Assembly: GCA_046154185.1 (NCBI GenBank)
Contig: JBJXGE010000094.1
Coordinates: 1-64,000 of the forward strand
Direction: 5' to 3'
Length of the DNA: 64,000 bases
Source: Planctomycetota bacterium
GTDB lineage: Bacteria; Planctomycetota; UBA8108; UBA1146; JAJFFE01
Both the position numbers and the translations under genes were made by a program. Below the pieces are notes generated by a model. That model did not search any database. It saw nothing but the letters and a program-made list of their open reading frames with translations, and was not told the origin of the DNA. Below are positions 9,320 to 18,357 of the stretch, in pieces; the stretch's first letter is position 1; every line of letters begins with the position of its first letter.

Positions 9320-10213
9320 ATGAGCTACGACTTGTTCTTCAAGGGGCGCGACGCCGCCGCGGCGCCGCGGACCGCGGCGGAGTTCACCCAGTATTTTTCC
9401 TCGCGGCCGCGCTATCGAGTCGATGGCACGCAGGCGTGGTATGGCAATCCCGATACGGGCGTGAGCTTCTCGTTTCAGCTTGTCGAAGCGGACCAACCGG
9501 AAGATGGGGCCGAAGACGCAGACATGGCGGAGCCGGATGCCTGGGCGCATTTTGAGCTCGCCTATGCCCGTCCGCATTTCTTTGCGCTCGAAGCGATCGA
9601 GGAGCTAACGGCTTTCGTTGCGGCCTTTGATCTGGTCGTCGACGATCCGCAAGCCGAGGAGTCGGGCGTCGGTGAGTTCGTGGCCGCGCGCTTCATTGCG
9701 AACTGGACGGCCGGCAATCAAGCCGCGGTCAGTGCGATTGAGCTGCCGGAGGGCGCCCGGTTCTCGACGCTGCCGGCCGCAACACTCGAGGCGGTCTGGC
9801 GCTGGAACTTTCGCCGCGAAGCTTTTCAGCAGGAGCTCGGCGCGAAGATCTTCGTGCCGCGCATCGTGTTCTTCAAACGTGGTGAGCGGCCGCAGTCCGG
9901 CATCGTTTGGACCGACGCGATTCCCGCCGTGCTGCCGCAGACGGACTTCGTCGTGTTGTGGCGCGAGCGGCTCGCGCCGCGCAAATTCTTCATGCGCGCG
10001 ACCGATTTCGTGGTCGTCGATTGGAGCGTGATTGCGCCGTTCGTGTCGTCGTTTCCGCGCACCGAGACGCCGCTACCGTTTTACACGTTGCGCTATGAGA
10101 AGCCGCCGACGGCGCTCCTCGACTTCGTCACCGGCCAACCGCCGAGTACCGTCAAGCCCGAAGCGCTGCGCCACGAGCACGTCCTGAGCGACGAACTCGC
10201 CGCGCGCGCGTGA
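9320..10213 (+). CDS. hypothetical protein
   Basis: 297-aa ORF beginning MSYDLFFKG. The long track ORF from 8768 overlaps two minus-strand genes, so the internal ATG is the preferred start. No recognised domain. Confidence 0.5.
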   Translation: MSYDLFFKGRDAAAAPRTAAEFTQYFSSRPRYRVDGTQAWYGNPDTGVSFSFQLVEADQPEDGAEDADMAEPDAWAHFELAYARPHFFALEAIEELTAFVAAFDLVVDDPQAEESGVGEFVAARFIANWTAGNQAAVSAIELPEGARFSTLPAATLEAVWRWNFRREAFQQELGAKIFVPRIVFFKRGERPQSGIVWTDAIPAVLPQTDFVVLWRERLAPRKFFMRATDFVVVDWSVIAPFVSSFPRTETPLPFYTLRYEKPPTALLDFVTGQPPSTVKPEALRHEHVLSDELAARA

Positions 10214-10241
10214 CCGCAAGGCCGGGCCGCGGGTATTGCGA

Positions 10242-11261
10242 CTATTCGTTTTGCGCGGCGCACTCGACAGCCAGCGCCCACAGCGCGGCGAGATCGGGTG
10301 GCAGGGGCGCGTGAAAGTCGAGAGGCGCGCCCGTTCGCGGGTGCGTGATGGAGAGTCGAGAAGCGTGGAGCGCGTGACGCGCGAGGATGGGCTCAGCCGC
10401 CGCGGGCGGTTTGCGTCCTTCGAGTTCCGCGCGGAAAAGGCGCTTCTCGCGGCCGTACAGCGTGTCGCACAGAATCGGATGCCCGAGCGCTTTCAAATGC
10501 ACGCGAATCTGATGCGTGCGACCGGTCTCGGGAAAACAATGGAACCACGCAAAGCGATCGGCTAGCACGCGCACAAGTTGCCAGCGTGTCACCGAGCGCT
10601 TGCCTTGCTCGTCGTGGCGGATCGCCATTTTCTTGCGCTGCGTCAACGACCGCGCGATCGGCAAATCGATCGTGCCGTTCGTCGCGCGGGGCACGCCATG
10701 CGCAAGCGCGAGATATTCCTTGCGCACCGTGCGCGCTTTGAACTGCGCGGCGACCGTGCGATGCGCGTGGTCATTGCGCGCGATGAGCAACACGCCCGAC
10801 GTTTCCCGATCGAGACGATGCACGATACCTGGCCGTTCTTCCCCACCCGCGCCCGAAAGGTCGTCCGTGTAGTGAAGCAACGCATTGACGATCGTGCCGC
10901 CTGCCGCGTTACCGGCTCCCGGATGCACGACCATATCGGGCGACTTGTCGATCACGATGACGTCGTCGTCTTCATAGAGCACCGCGAGCGATATCGCTTC
11001 CGCGAGCGGCGTAGCGGACGGCGGCGCGGGCAGCTCGACTACCAACTCTTGGCCGGCGCGCAGAGTGCTACTGGGCTTGAGCGCCTGCGCGTCGCACACG
11101 ATGCGACCCTCCGCGATGTAGCGCTTCAATAAGCTGCGGGAAAGTTCGGGAAAGCGCGCGTGCAGGAACACATCCAGCCGCAAACCTGCATCACCGGGCG
11201 CAATGCTGATTCGAAAGACACCCTGGGGAATATTGACTTCGACCGCTTTGGGTCCGCGCAA
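10242..11261 (-). CDS. rluD: RluA-family 23S rRNA pseudouridine synthase (RluD-like) with an N-terminal S4 domain
   Basis: HRLDRETSGVLLIA catalytic motif and an S4-like N-terminus (GLRLDVFLHARFPELSRS). The annotated TTG start at 11261 lies inside the terminal repeat of the adjacent MITE-like element. Confidence 0.85.
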   Translation of the reverse strand: MRGPKAVEVNIPQGVFRISIAPGDAGLRLDVFLHARFPELSRSLLKRYIAEGRIVCDAQALKPSSTLRAGQELVVELPAPPSATPLAEAISLAVLYEDDDVIVIDKSPDMVVHPGAGNAAGGTIVNALLHYTDDLSGAGGEERPGIVHRLDRETSGVLLIARNDHAHRTVAAQFKARTVRKEYLALAHGVPRATNGTIDLPIARSLTQRKKMAIRHDEQGKRSVTRWQLVRVLADRFAWFHCFPETGRTHQIRVHLKALGHPILCDTLYGREKRLFRAELEGRKPPAAAEPILARHALHASRLSITHPRTGAPLDFHAPLPPDLAALWALAVECAAQNE

Positions 11262-11425
11262 AAATAACTTTCCATTTGGAGGTCGAGATCTGGCGTAGGT
11301 CCGTTCTCGGCGATTGAGCGGAACCGCAGGCGTAGCCTGGCTACGTTGAGGATTACGCGATTGAGCCGGGAGCGGAGATATGTTAGAGATCGGCCTCCAA
11401 ATGCGAAGTTATTTTTGCGCGGACC
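11251..11425 (-). mobile_element. MITE-like palindromic repeat, copy B (175 bp; inverted orientation relative to copy A)
   Basis: Its reverse complement is about 94% identical to 1650-1824. Perfect CTTTG direct repeats flank it at 11246-11250 and 11426-11430. The terminal repeat supplies the putative rluD TTG start and first codons. Confidence 0.7.
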
Positions 11426-11439
11426 CTTTGGGGTCCGCC

Positions 11440-12093
11440 TCAGTTGCCACCGGTTTTTGGCGCCGCCGCTCCCTCTTCGGGTGGCGGCACGGCCGGTGGT
11501 GTCACTCCCGGTGACGGCGTCGCTTCTGGCGTCGGCTTCACTTCGCCGACCGGCGCTTCGGCGGGCTTCGCCACTTCCGGTTTCGGCGCCGGCGCTGGCA
11601 CCGTGAACGGCTGGCGCGCCGCTTGATGTTGCAGCTCGAAGTTTTTCAAGAACGGATCGTTTTTGTGTTTCGCGCGCGCATCATCGAGCAGCTGCCAAGC
11701 TTCCGCGCGAAAGCCCTCGCCGTTTTTCTCGAACAACCACGCGACATATTGTGCCACCATCGGGGGAGCGCAGTTCTCGCTCAGCAGGCGCTGTAGAACC
11801 GCGCTCGTCGCCGCGCGAACTTCGGCGTCTGTCTTTCCTTCTTGAATGCGCTTCGTGAAGGCCTCGTAGAATTCGCCGTTCAACTCGGCGACGCGAGCGC
11901 GGCTCGAACTCTCAATGAAACTCGAGATGCCGAGCACGCCGAAGATGAGCGCAACCACGACCACGATGTGCACGCTGTACTGAGTCAGCTTCTTGCGGAC
12001 AACGTCCGTGGCCTGGGCAATGCTGTCTTCGAGGTGCGCTTCTTGCGTCCCGGGGGACTGCTTGATCGGCGCCGGCTTCTGTGCCTTCGTCAT
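11440..12093 (-). CDS. membrane-anchored hypothetical protein with a Pro/Ala-rich C-terminus
   Basis: One TM helix (HIVVVVALIFGVLGISSFI), a central helical domain, and a PAPAPKPEVAKPAEAP tail. Confidence 0.5.
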   Translation of the reverse strand: MTKAQKPAPIKQSPGTQEAHLEDSIAQATDVVRKKLTQYSVHIVVVVALIFGVLGISSFIESSSRARVAELNGEFYEAFTKRIQEGKTDAEVRAATSAVLQRLLSENCAPPMVAQYVAWLFEKNGEGFRAEAWQLLDDARAKHKNDPFLKNFELQHQAARQPFTVPAPAPKPEVAKPAEAPVGEVKPTPEATPSPGVTPPAVPPPEEGAAAPKTGGN

Positions 12094-12120
12094 CGGTGCG
12101 GTGGACTCTCTACAATGGTT

Positions 12121-12150
12121 CCGAGCCGGCGGCGAGCTCGTTGGAATGAA
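12121..12150 (+). repeat. 30-bp repeated motif CCGAGCCGG(C/A)GGCGAGCTCGTTGG(A/G)ATGAA, copy 1
   Basis: Matches 16353-16382 at 28 of 30 positions. It is intergenic. Confidence 0.6.
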
Positions 12151-12153
12151 AAA

Positions 12154-12690
12154 CTAGTTCGTCAGCGAAGGCGAAATGCGGACGGTCAGTCGCGTGATGT
12201 AGTACTTGTCGCGCTCGTCCGGAATACGCTCCATGCGTATCTCGGCATCCTCACCCGTCTTCTTGAAGACCATCCGCACGTCGTCGCGGTCGGTCGTGTC
12301 GGCGTGAGTCCAGCCTTCTTTCGGCATTTGATCGAGGAACCACAGCGACAACTCCGACAGCGGTTTGTCGCCATAGTACGTGAAGCGGCCGGTACGCAAA
12401 CCGAGCGGACCATCCTTGAACGTGATGTCCGCCCAAGTCTCGAATTCATTTTCGCTCACGCTAAAGCCGAGCGGCACGGGTATGTCGGAGGGCTGGTAGT
12501 TGTAGACCAGACCATCCGGCCCACGCGGCGGCGCCATGTAGGTGCCGCACCCCGCGAGCAACGAACCGCAAATCATCAACGCGCCGGCGGACAACGAGAT
12601 GAGTCCGCGCTTCCGCGCAGCACAAGCGTCTCGAACGGAAGCTCCCATCTTCGCCCTCCTCCCTCCGCGTGTGCGGAGTCCCACTGACAA
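12154..12690 (-). CDS. hypothetical lipoprotein
   Basis: Signal peptide with an LLAGC lipobox. The true start is probably an internal Met. Confidence 0.5.
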   Translation of the reverse strand: MSVGLRTRGGRRAKMGASVRDACAARKRGLISLSAGALMICGSLLAGCGTYMAPPRGPDGLVYNYQPSDIPVPLGFSVSENEFETWADITFKDGPLGLRTGRFTYYGDKPLSELSLWFLDQMPKEGWTHADTTDRDDVRMVFKKTGEDAEIRMERIPDERDKYYITRLTVRISPSLTN

Positions 12691-12864
12691 TTCATCTCAA
12701 CCCGTCAACACACCCGACTCGTCCTAGCACTTCGCGCGCGGACCTGGAATCATGCTCCTCGCATCGCTCCGAGCATCCTGCGGGATGCGCAAACGCGCGC
12801 TCACGCCCACGCCCGAAACCGGGCGCCGCCGTGAAGCCCGTCATTAAAGAGTTCTCGCGCGGGC

Positions 12865-14364
12865 TTGAAAAGAGGTTTTTCGGTGCGGATTCGCGTGTTC
12901 TCGACGGCCGTCGCTACCGCGTGGGGCGAATGCCGGCGTCATCCGTGGCGCACGGTGCTGCTTTCGCAAGGGGTTATTTGGGGCGTTGCGCTCGCGATCG
13001 TGCCGAGCGCGGTGATCGAGGCGTCGCGCGCGAGCGCAGTTTCGCGCGCGCGCGAACTCGACACGGACCTCATCCAGATAAGTCCTGGCGACGCGGCGCA
13101 ACCGCGATCCGTCCCGCAGGAGTCCGACTTGCCCGCGCTGCGCGCGACCTTGCCAGCAGCCGGCGCCGCCACTTTGTCTGCGCTGCGGACGACGGCCGCG
13201 GCGGTCTTCGCCGCGCCGACATCATCATCGGCGCCTTCGGCGGTGCCCGATGTGCCGGCGCCGGCAGTGGCTGCGTGGATCTTGGGGGCTGATGCGGAGC
13301 TTGCCGCTGGGCGCCGAATCGCGGTCCTGGCCGGCGACCTTTCGGCGTTCTTGTCCGCCGCGTCGGGCGTGGCGCCGGCGGTCGGCGCGAACGACGCGGT
13401 GGCGGTGTCGCCCGTTCTGCCCGTGGTGCTGGAATCCGGCCTCGCCCGGCGACTCCTCGGCATTGAGTCCGCGGAGGTCGACTCGGCGCGGTTTGCAGAA
13501 CTTATCGGTCGCGAGTTCGCGCTCGAATGGCGGACGAAATCGTCGGGGGCGGACTTCGCCGTCGTGACGGCGTCTGAACCCGCGCGCGCAGACTCCGCAT
13601 CGCCCGCTGTCGCCGCCCGCGCGCTGCGACTTCGCGTCACCGCGGTGGTCGCCGACGCAGCTCAGCGCAAAATAGACCGCTTCGGTTTCGAGTCCGGGCG
13701 CGCGCTTTCCGATGTGGTGAAAGATCTGTTGCAGCAACTCGGCTTCACGCCCGAGTTGCCACGGAGTCTAACAGAAGGACTCGGAGTTTATTTGCCGCGC
13801 GCCGAAGTGCCCGGCACGCACCTCAGTTGGATTTTCGTCCGTGTCGATCCGCTCGCGGTCGAGGCGACGGCGCAACGGCTCTATGACGCGCTCGTCGGCG
13901 CGAGCCGCGTTCCGAAAGTATCGAGCAACATGTTGCTCGGCGTCGTGACCAATCCGGAGATCGACGGCTACATGCGACTCAACGATGTGCTGGTATCGCT
14001 CTTCCTCGTTATCGGGCTGGTCGTGCTCGCTAATATTCTGCTGCTTGCGAGCCTCCGGCGACGGCGCGAGATTGCGCTTCGCCGCGCCGAGGGCGCGTCG
14101 CGAAGCGATATCTTTCTGCAGTTTGTCGTGGAGGGGTTCATCATCGCGCTTTTCGGTCTGGTCGCCGGGGTCGTCCTCGGCATGTTGCTCGCGTGGTTGC
14201 GAGTGAGTCTCGACGCGAACGCGGCGATGACCTTCTCGATGCCGTGGACGACGACGGGCAAAGCCGCGCTCGCGCTCGGCGTCGGCGCGCTCGTCGCGAG
14301 CGCGTACCCCGCGTGGCGCGCCGCGCAGGCGACTCCGATGGTGCTGTTCAGGAAAAGCGGATGA
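12865..14364 (+). CDS. ABC transporter permease, FtsX/MacB-like (large periplasmic domain)
   Basis: N-terminal TM helix, a roughly 300-aa periplasmic region, and a C-terminal FtsX-type 3-TM bundle (LASLRRRREIALRRAEGASRSDI...). Confidence 0.8.
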   Translation: MKRGFSVRIRVFSTAVATAWGECRRHPWRTVLLSQGVIWGVALAIVPSAVIEASRASAVSRARELDTDLIQISPGDAAQPRSVPQESDLPALRATLPAAGAATLSALRTTAAAVFAAPTSSSAPSAVPDVPAPAVAAWILGADAELAAGRRIAVLAGDLSAFLSAASGVAPAVGANDAVAVSPVLPVVLESGLARRLLGIESAEVDSARFAELIGREFALEWRTKSSGADFAVVTASEPARADSASPAVAARALRLRVTAVVADAAQRKIDRFGFESGRALSDVVKDLLQQLGFTPELPRSLTEGLGVYLPRAEVPGTHLSWIFVRVDPLAVEATAQRLYDALVGASRVPKVSSNMLLGVVTNPEIDGYMRLNDVLVSLFLVIGLVVLANILLLASLRRRREIALRRAEGASRSDIFLQFVVEGFIIALFGLVAGVVLGMLLAWLRVSLDANAAMTFSMPWTTTGKAALALGVGALVASAYPAWRAAQATPMVLFRKSG

Positions 14365-15638
14365 TACGCGCGTGGCTGCAGCAACCCGTGCGCGAAGCCG
14401 TCCGCGCGCTCGCGACTCACCCACTCCGCAGTGCGCTGATCGCGGCGACCTTCGCGGTCGGACTCGCGTCGGTGCTCGTCGTGATCGGCGCGGTCGAGGG
14501 CGGCCGCCAAGCCATCGTGCAGACTCTCAATAGCCTCGGCATCGATGTCATTGCGGCCCTCAATCCGTTGCAGCTCGATCAACTTCCCGGACTCAAGATC
14601 GGCGCCGGCGGCGACCGCCTGATCGATAATCCAGCGATTGCCGAACTCGAGGCGAAGTTGGGCGCAGCGGTCGCGAACGTCGTACCGTTGCGCATCGAGC
14701 TTGTGCAAGTGCGCTGCGAGGCGGGTGTGTCGAGCAACACGCTGATCGCGACGCGCCCAGAGTTTCAAGAGTTGATCAAAGTCGGTCTCGTCGCTGGTCG
14801 CTTTCTTACGGCGGATGATCGCTTCGTGCCCGGCCAAATCGCGAATGCCGTGCTCGATGAAGCGCTCGCGCAGACGTTGCACGGCGGCCCGCTCGAGGAA
14901 CTGATCGGCCAGGAGTTTCGCGGCGTGCGCAATTTCAAGCCCCTCAAGATTCGCGTCGTCGGAATACTGCGCGATCCGATTCTGCTGCGCAAACACATGA
15001 ACGCGTTTAGTAGTCAATCGCGGGCGCGCGAGCTCACTGCGAAGCGACTTGAGTTTCTAAACGTGTATGTGCTCTATGAACCGGAGCTCGACACACCGAG
15101 CGGCGTGCTCGTACAAGTCAACGACCCGCGCGATGTCGACGTATTCGGGCCACGGCTCGCGGAGTTTTTCGACGTGCGCGGTATTCTGCCTTATTACCAT
15201 GTGCAAAAGCGTTGGATCGCGTCGGTGATCAAAGTCGTCGAGACGTTCTCACTGCTCGCGAATTTCATCTGGATACTGAATCTCTGTGTCGTGTTGGTGG
15301 TCACCGCGACCATCACAACGCTCGCCATCGATGAACGATTCAGCGAGATCGCCATCCTGCGGGTCGAGGGTGCGAGCGTTGTGGCGGTCGTCTCGGCGCT
15401 TCTCGCCGAGGGGACCCTGCTCGTGTTGGTTGCGCTCGCGCCGGGCTACGCGCTTGCCGAGTTGATCGCGACGCAATACGTCAAACCCATTCTCGATTGG
15501 ACGCCGGAGTTTCCCGCGTGGACGCACGTGGGCGCGCCGCTCTTGCTGTTGGTCACAGGCCTGTTGTGCTACGCGATTCCGGCGCGCCGCGTGGCACGGC
15601 TCGATCCGGCGCGCGCGCTAGGGGAGTACGCGGAATGA
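14361..15638 (+). CDS. ABC transporter permease, FtsX/MacB-like (second copy)
   Basis: ATGA overlap with the upstream permease. Same architecture (TM1, periplasmic domain, FtsX C-terminus with ILRVEGASV). Confidence 0.8.
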   Translation: MIRAWLQQPVREAVRALATHPLRSALIAATFAVGLASVLVVIGAVEGGRQAIVQTLNSLGIDVIAALNPLQLDQLPGLKIGAGGDRLIDNPAIAELEAKLGAAVANVVPLRIELVQVRCEAGVSSNTLIATRPEFQELIKVGLVAGRFLTADDRFVPGQIANAVLDEALAQTLHGGPLEELIGQEFRGVRNFKPLKIRVVGILRDPILLRKHMNAFSSQSRARELTAKRLEFLNVYVLYEPELDTPSGVLVQVNDPRDVDVFGPRLAEFFDVRGILPYYHVQKRWIASVIKVVETFSLLANFIWILNLCVVLVVTATITTLAIDERFSEIAILRVEGASVVAVVSALLAEGTLLVLVALAPGYALAELIATQYVKPILDWTPEFPAWTHVGAPLLLLVTGLLCYAIPARRVARLDPARALGEYAE

Positions 15639-16327
15639 ATGACGACAAAGCGCGGCAAGCGCGCATCGTCGAGTTGCGGGGCATCGCGCGCGTTTATGGC
15701 AGCGGGGCAACGCGCGTCGATGCGCTACGTGGTCTCGATCTCGACATCGCGGCCGGCGAATTTGTCGCCGTGCGCGGCGCCTCTGGTTGCGGCAAGTCGA
15801 CGTTGTTGCAAGTGCTCGGTCTCCTCGATCGGCCGGACGCCGGAACGTATCGTCTGAACGATCGACTCGTCAGCGAGCTCTCTGACCGTGAACGAACGCG
15901 GCTTCGCAACGAAGAGATCGGCTTCGTATTTCAGACCTTTCAACTGCTCGCCGATCGCAGCGCGCTCGAAAACGCGCGACTCCCGCTCATCTATCGCCGC
16001 GATCCGGCCGGCGCGCGCGATCCGCGCGCGTTGCTCGAGCGCGTTGGTCTCGGCGCGCGGCTACGCCATCGGCCCGGCCAGCTTTCGGGCGGCGAAAAAC
16101 AGCGCGTCGCGATCGTGCGCGCGCTCGTCAAGAATCCGCGCCTGATCTTGCTCGACGAGCCAACGGGGAATCTCGACACGGCGACCGGCGAGTCCGTGCT
16201 CGATCTCCTCGATGAGATTCACCGCGAACTCGGTGCGACGCTGCTCCTCGTCACGCACGACGCGCACGTTGCGGCGCGGGCGCAGCGCATCCTCGAAATG
16301 CGCGACGGGAATCTGCTAGCGGGTTGA
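15635..16327 (+). CDS. ABC transporter ATP-binding protein (LolD/MacB-ATPase type)
   Basis: Walker [11 protein letters not shown]-loop, signature [15 protein letters not shown], and Walker [12 protein letters not shown]. Its ATG overlaps the upstream stop. Confidence 0.9.
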   Translation: MNDDKARQARIVELRGIARVYGSGATRVDALRGLDLDIAAGEFVAVRGASGCGKSTLLQVLGLLDRPDAGTYRLNDRLVSELSDRERTRLRNEEIGFVFQTFQLLADRSALENARLPLIYRRDPAGARDPRALLERVGLGARLRHRPGQLSGGEKQRVAIVRALVKNPRLILLDEPTGNLDTATGESVLDLLDEIHRELGATLLLVTHDAHVAARAQRILEMRDGNLLAG

Positions 16328-16352
16328 TTGCAGAGCGTGGAGAGTACGTCCG

Positions 16353-16382
16353 CCGAGCCGGAGGCGAGCTCGTTGGGATGAA
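16353..16382 (+). repeat. 30-bp repeated motif, copy 2, followed by GGAGCGG-type short tandem repeats
   Basis: Second copy. It is followed by (GCGGAGC)n-like imperfect tandem repeats at 16390-16420, upstream of the TIR gene. Confidence 0.6.
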
Positions 16383-16430
16383 GTGTTCGCGCGGCGGAGC
16401 GGAGCGGGGCGGAGCGGAGCCGTGAACACG

Positions 16431-16453
16431 AGGGGTGTTGGAGCAACACCCCT
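16431..16453. repeat. perfect hairpin AGGGGTGTTG-GAG-CAACACCCCT (REP-like), copy 1
   Basis: 10-bp stem with a 3-nt loop. A 21-nt exact match recurs at 45381-45401. It lies 24 bp upstream of the TIR start codon. Confidence 0.65.
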
Positions 16454-16476
16454 CAACAAGACGGAGATTGACGCGC

Positions 16477-17262
16477 ATGGCGAGTTTGTTCATCAATTAC
16501 CGCTGGCGGGATAGCGCCGGGCACGCGGGGCGGCTCTTCGATCGTTTGGCGGCGCACTTTGGCGCCGACCAGGTCTTCATGGATATCGATGACATCGAAC
16601 CCGGGCAGGATATTTTTCAGGTTGTCGACGCGAAGCTCGCGGCCTGCCGCACTCTGCTCGTCGTGATCGGCCGCGAATGGCTTGCCATGACCGACGACAA
16701 GGGACGCCGCCGGCTCGACGCGCCGGAGGATTTGGTGCGTGCCGAAATCGTCAGCGCGTTCGCGCACAATTTGCGCGTCATCCCGGTGCTCGTCGGCGGC
16801 GCTGCGATGCCGAGTGCCGCAGACTTGCCGGAGCCGTTGCGTGAACTGCCGCGGCGCCTAGCGCACACATTGCGCGATGAGCGTTTCGCGCTCGATGTCG
16901 CTGAGCTGATTCAATCCATCGATGACGCGATGACCGAGCGCGCGAGCGATGATGCGCTGCTCGACGGCGATTGGCGCGCCGACGTCAAAACCCGTGATGG
17001 CCACACGTACGTCATCCGTTTTCAGTTCGAGACGCTGGCGGACCGGGTCATCGGTACGGTCAGTTTTCCCACCGGCGATGGCGTGATCGTCGATGGCAAG
17101 CTCGATGGCGCACGCCTGACGTTTAGCACGCGCCACTTGCCGCAGTTCGACTCTGTCACCGCGACCACAAACTTCCACGGCCAACTCGCCGCCGATCGCT
17201 TGGATCTGCTCATGCAAGGACCCGCGAGCTCCGCGAAATTTACGGCGAGGCGAGTTCGATGA
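16477..17262 (+). CDS. TIR-domain protein with an uncharacterised C-terminal domain
   Basis: The N-terminal roughly 145 aa match the bacterial TIR_2 pattern (FINYRWRDS...VFMDIDDIEPGQD...LLVVIGREWL...RRRLDAPEDLVRAEI...VIPVLVGG), including the conserved Glu in the VRAEI region. The C-terminal roughly 110 aa are beta-rich and match no family I recognise. The start is taken at MASLF, preceded by a GGAG. Confidence 0.75.
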   Translation: MASLFINYRWRDSAGHAGRLFDRLAAHFGADQVFMDIDDIEPGQDIFQVVDAKLAACRTLLVVIGREWLAMTDDKGRRRLDAPEDLVRAEIVSAFAHNLRVIPVLVGGAAMPSAADLPEPLRELPRRLAHTLRDERFALDVAELIQSIDDAMTERASDDALLDGDWRADVKTRDGHTYVIRFQFETLADRVIGTVSFPTGDGVIVDGKLDGARLTFSTRHLPQFDSVTATTNFHGQLAADRLDLLMQGPASSAKFTARRVR

Positions 17263-17303
17263 CGAGAAACCTGAGCGAGCCAAGCCCCGAAAGGGCGCGA
17301 CTC

Positions 17304-18347
17304 ATGTCCGAGAAACAGATGATCCCCATTCCCGCCGGCCTCCTCGCCGGTCTCGTGCTCGGCTCGATCCTGATCGCGGCGTCGGTGTTCGTTTCGCGCA
17401 GCTGGGGTCCACGCGCGGAGGTGGTCGTCTACACCGCGCTCGACCCCGCGTATAGCCGACTCGTGTTCGCCGAATTCGAGCAAACGACCGGCATTCGCGT
17501 GCAGGCGGTGTTCGACACGGAAGCGACGAAAACCGCCGGTCTCGTCGAACGACTGCGCCGTGAGAGCGCGGCGCCGCGCTGCGACGTGTTTTGGAACAAC
17601 GAAACACTGCGCACCATATTGCTCGCGCGCGAAGGTCACTTCGAGCCGTATCGCGCCGGCTCGGCGAACGACATCCCCGCGGAGTTTCGCGAAGCGACAG
17701 GACTGTGGACCGGTTTTGCGGCGCGCGCGCGCGCCGTCGCGTTCAATCCAGCGCGGGTCTCGAGCGGCGACGCGCCGGCCTCGCATGCGGCGCTCTTGAA
17801 TACGCGCTGGCGCGGCCAACTCGCGATCGCCAATCCGCAATTCGGCACGACCGGCAGCCACTTCGCGATGTTGTTCGCGGGCTGGGGCGAAGCGCGGACG
17901 CGCGCATGGCTCGTCGGTCTCAAGACGAACGAAGTGCGCATCGTCGCCAGCAATTCGGCAACGTGTGAGCGGGCGGTGACTGGTGAGGCGCTGCTCGGAC
18001 TCACCGATACGGACGACATCGAAGTCGTGCGCCGGCGCGGCTCGTCCATCGCCGAGTCGCTGCTTGCTGCCGATGGCGTCGTCGTGCTGCCAAATACGGT
18101 GGCGCTGCTAAAGGGCGCGCCGAATCCCGACGCGGCGCGGCGCTTCATCGATTTCGTACTCAATCCGCGCGTCGAGGCACTGCTTGCCGCGTCACCGTCG
18201 CGACAAATTCCGGTACGCGCAAGCGTGCCGGTGCCGGCGGGTGGTTTGCGGCTCGCTGACATTCCGCGCTTCGCCGTCAGTTACGAGGCGGCGGCCGACG
18301 CGCTCGAGCCAGCGCTTCGACTCGCGCGCGAGCTTTGGGGGCTGTGA
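17304..18347 (+). CDS. ABC transporter substrate-binding protein (Fe3+/FbpA-like, SBP family 1)
   Basis: N-terminal anchor or signal (MIPIPAGLLAGLVLG), then a periplasmic binding-protein fold with VVVYTALDP..FNP..NPQFGTTGSH motifs. It could instead start at the 17259 ATG that overlaps the TIR stop. Confidence 0.7.
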   Translation: MSEKQMIPIPAGLLAGLVLGSILIAASVFVSRSWGPRAEVVVYTALDPAYSRLVFAEFEQTTGIRVQAVFDTEATKTAGLVERLRRESAAPRCDVFWNNETLRTILLAREGHFEPYRAGSANDIPAEFREATGLWTGFAARARAVAFNPARVSSGDAPASHAALLNTRWRGQLAIANPQFGTTGSHFAMLFAGWGEARTRAWLVGLKTNEVRIVASNSATCERAVTGEALLGLTDTDDIEVVRRRGSSIAESLLAADGVVVLPNTVALLKGAPNPDAARRFIDFVLNPRVEALLAASPSRQIPVRASVPVPAGGLRLADIPRFAVSYEAAADALEPALRLARELWGL

Positions 18348-18357
18348 GCGGAGTCGC

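Noticed and set aside
16435-17262. Complete Thoeris (ThsA+ThsB) system around the TIR gene
   Set aside because: No SIR2, SLOG or Macro domain gene, nor any other known defence partner, is present within the window. The neighbours are ABC transporter genes. Only a lone TIR protein can be claimed.
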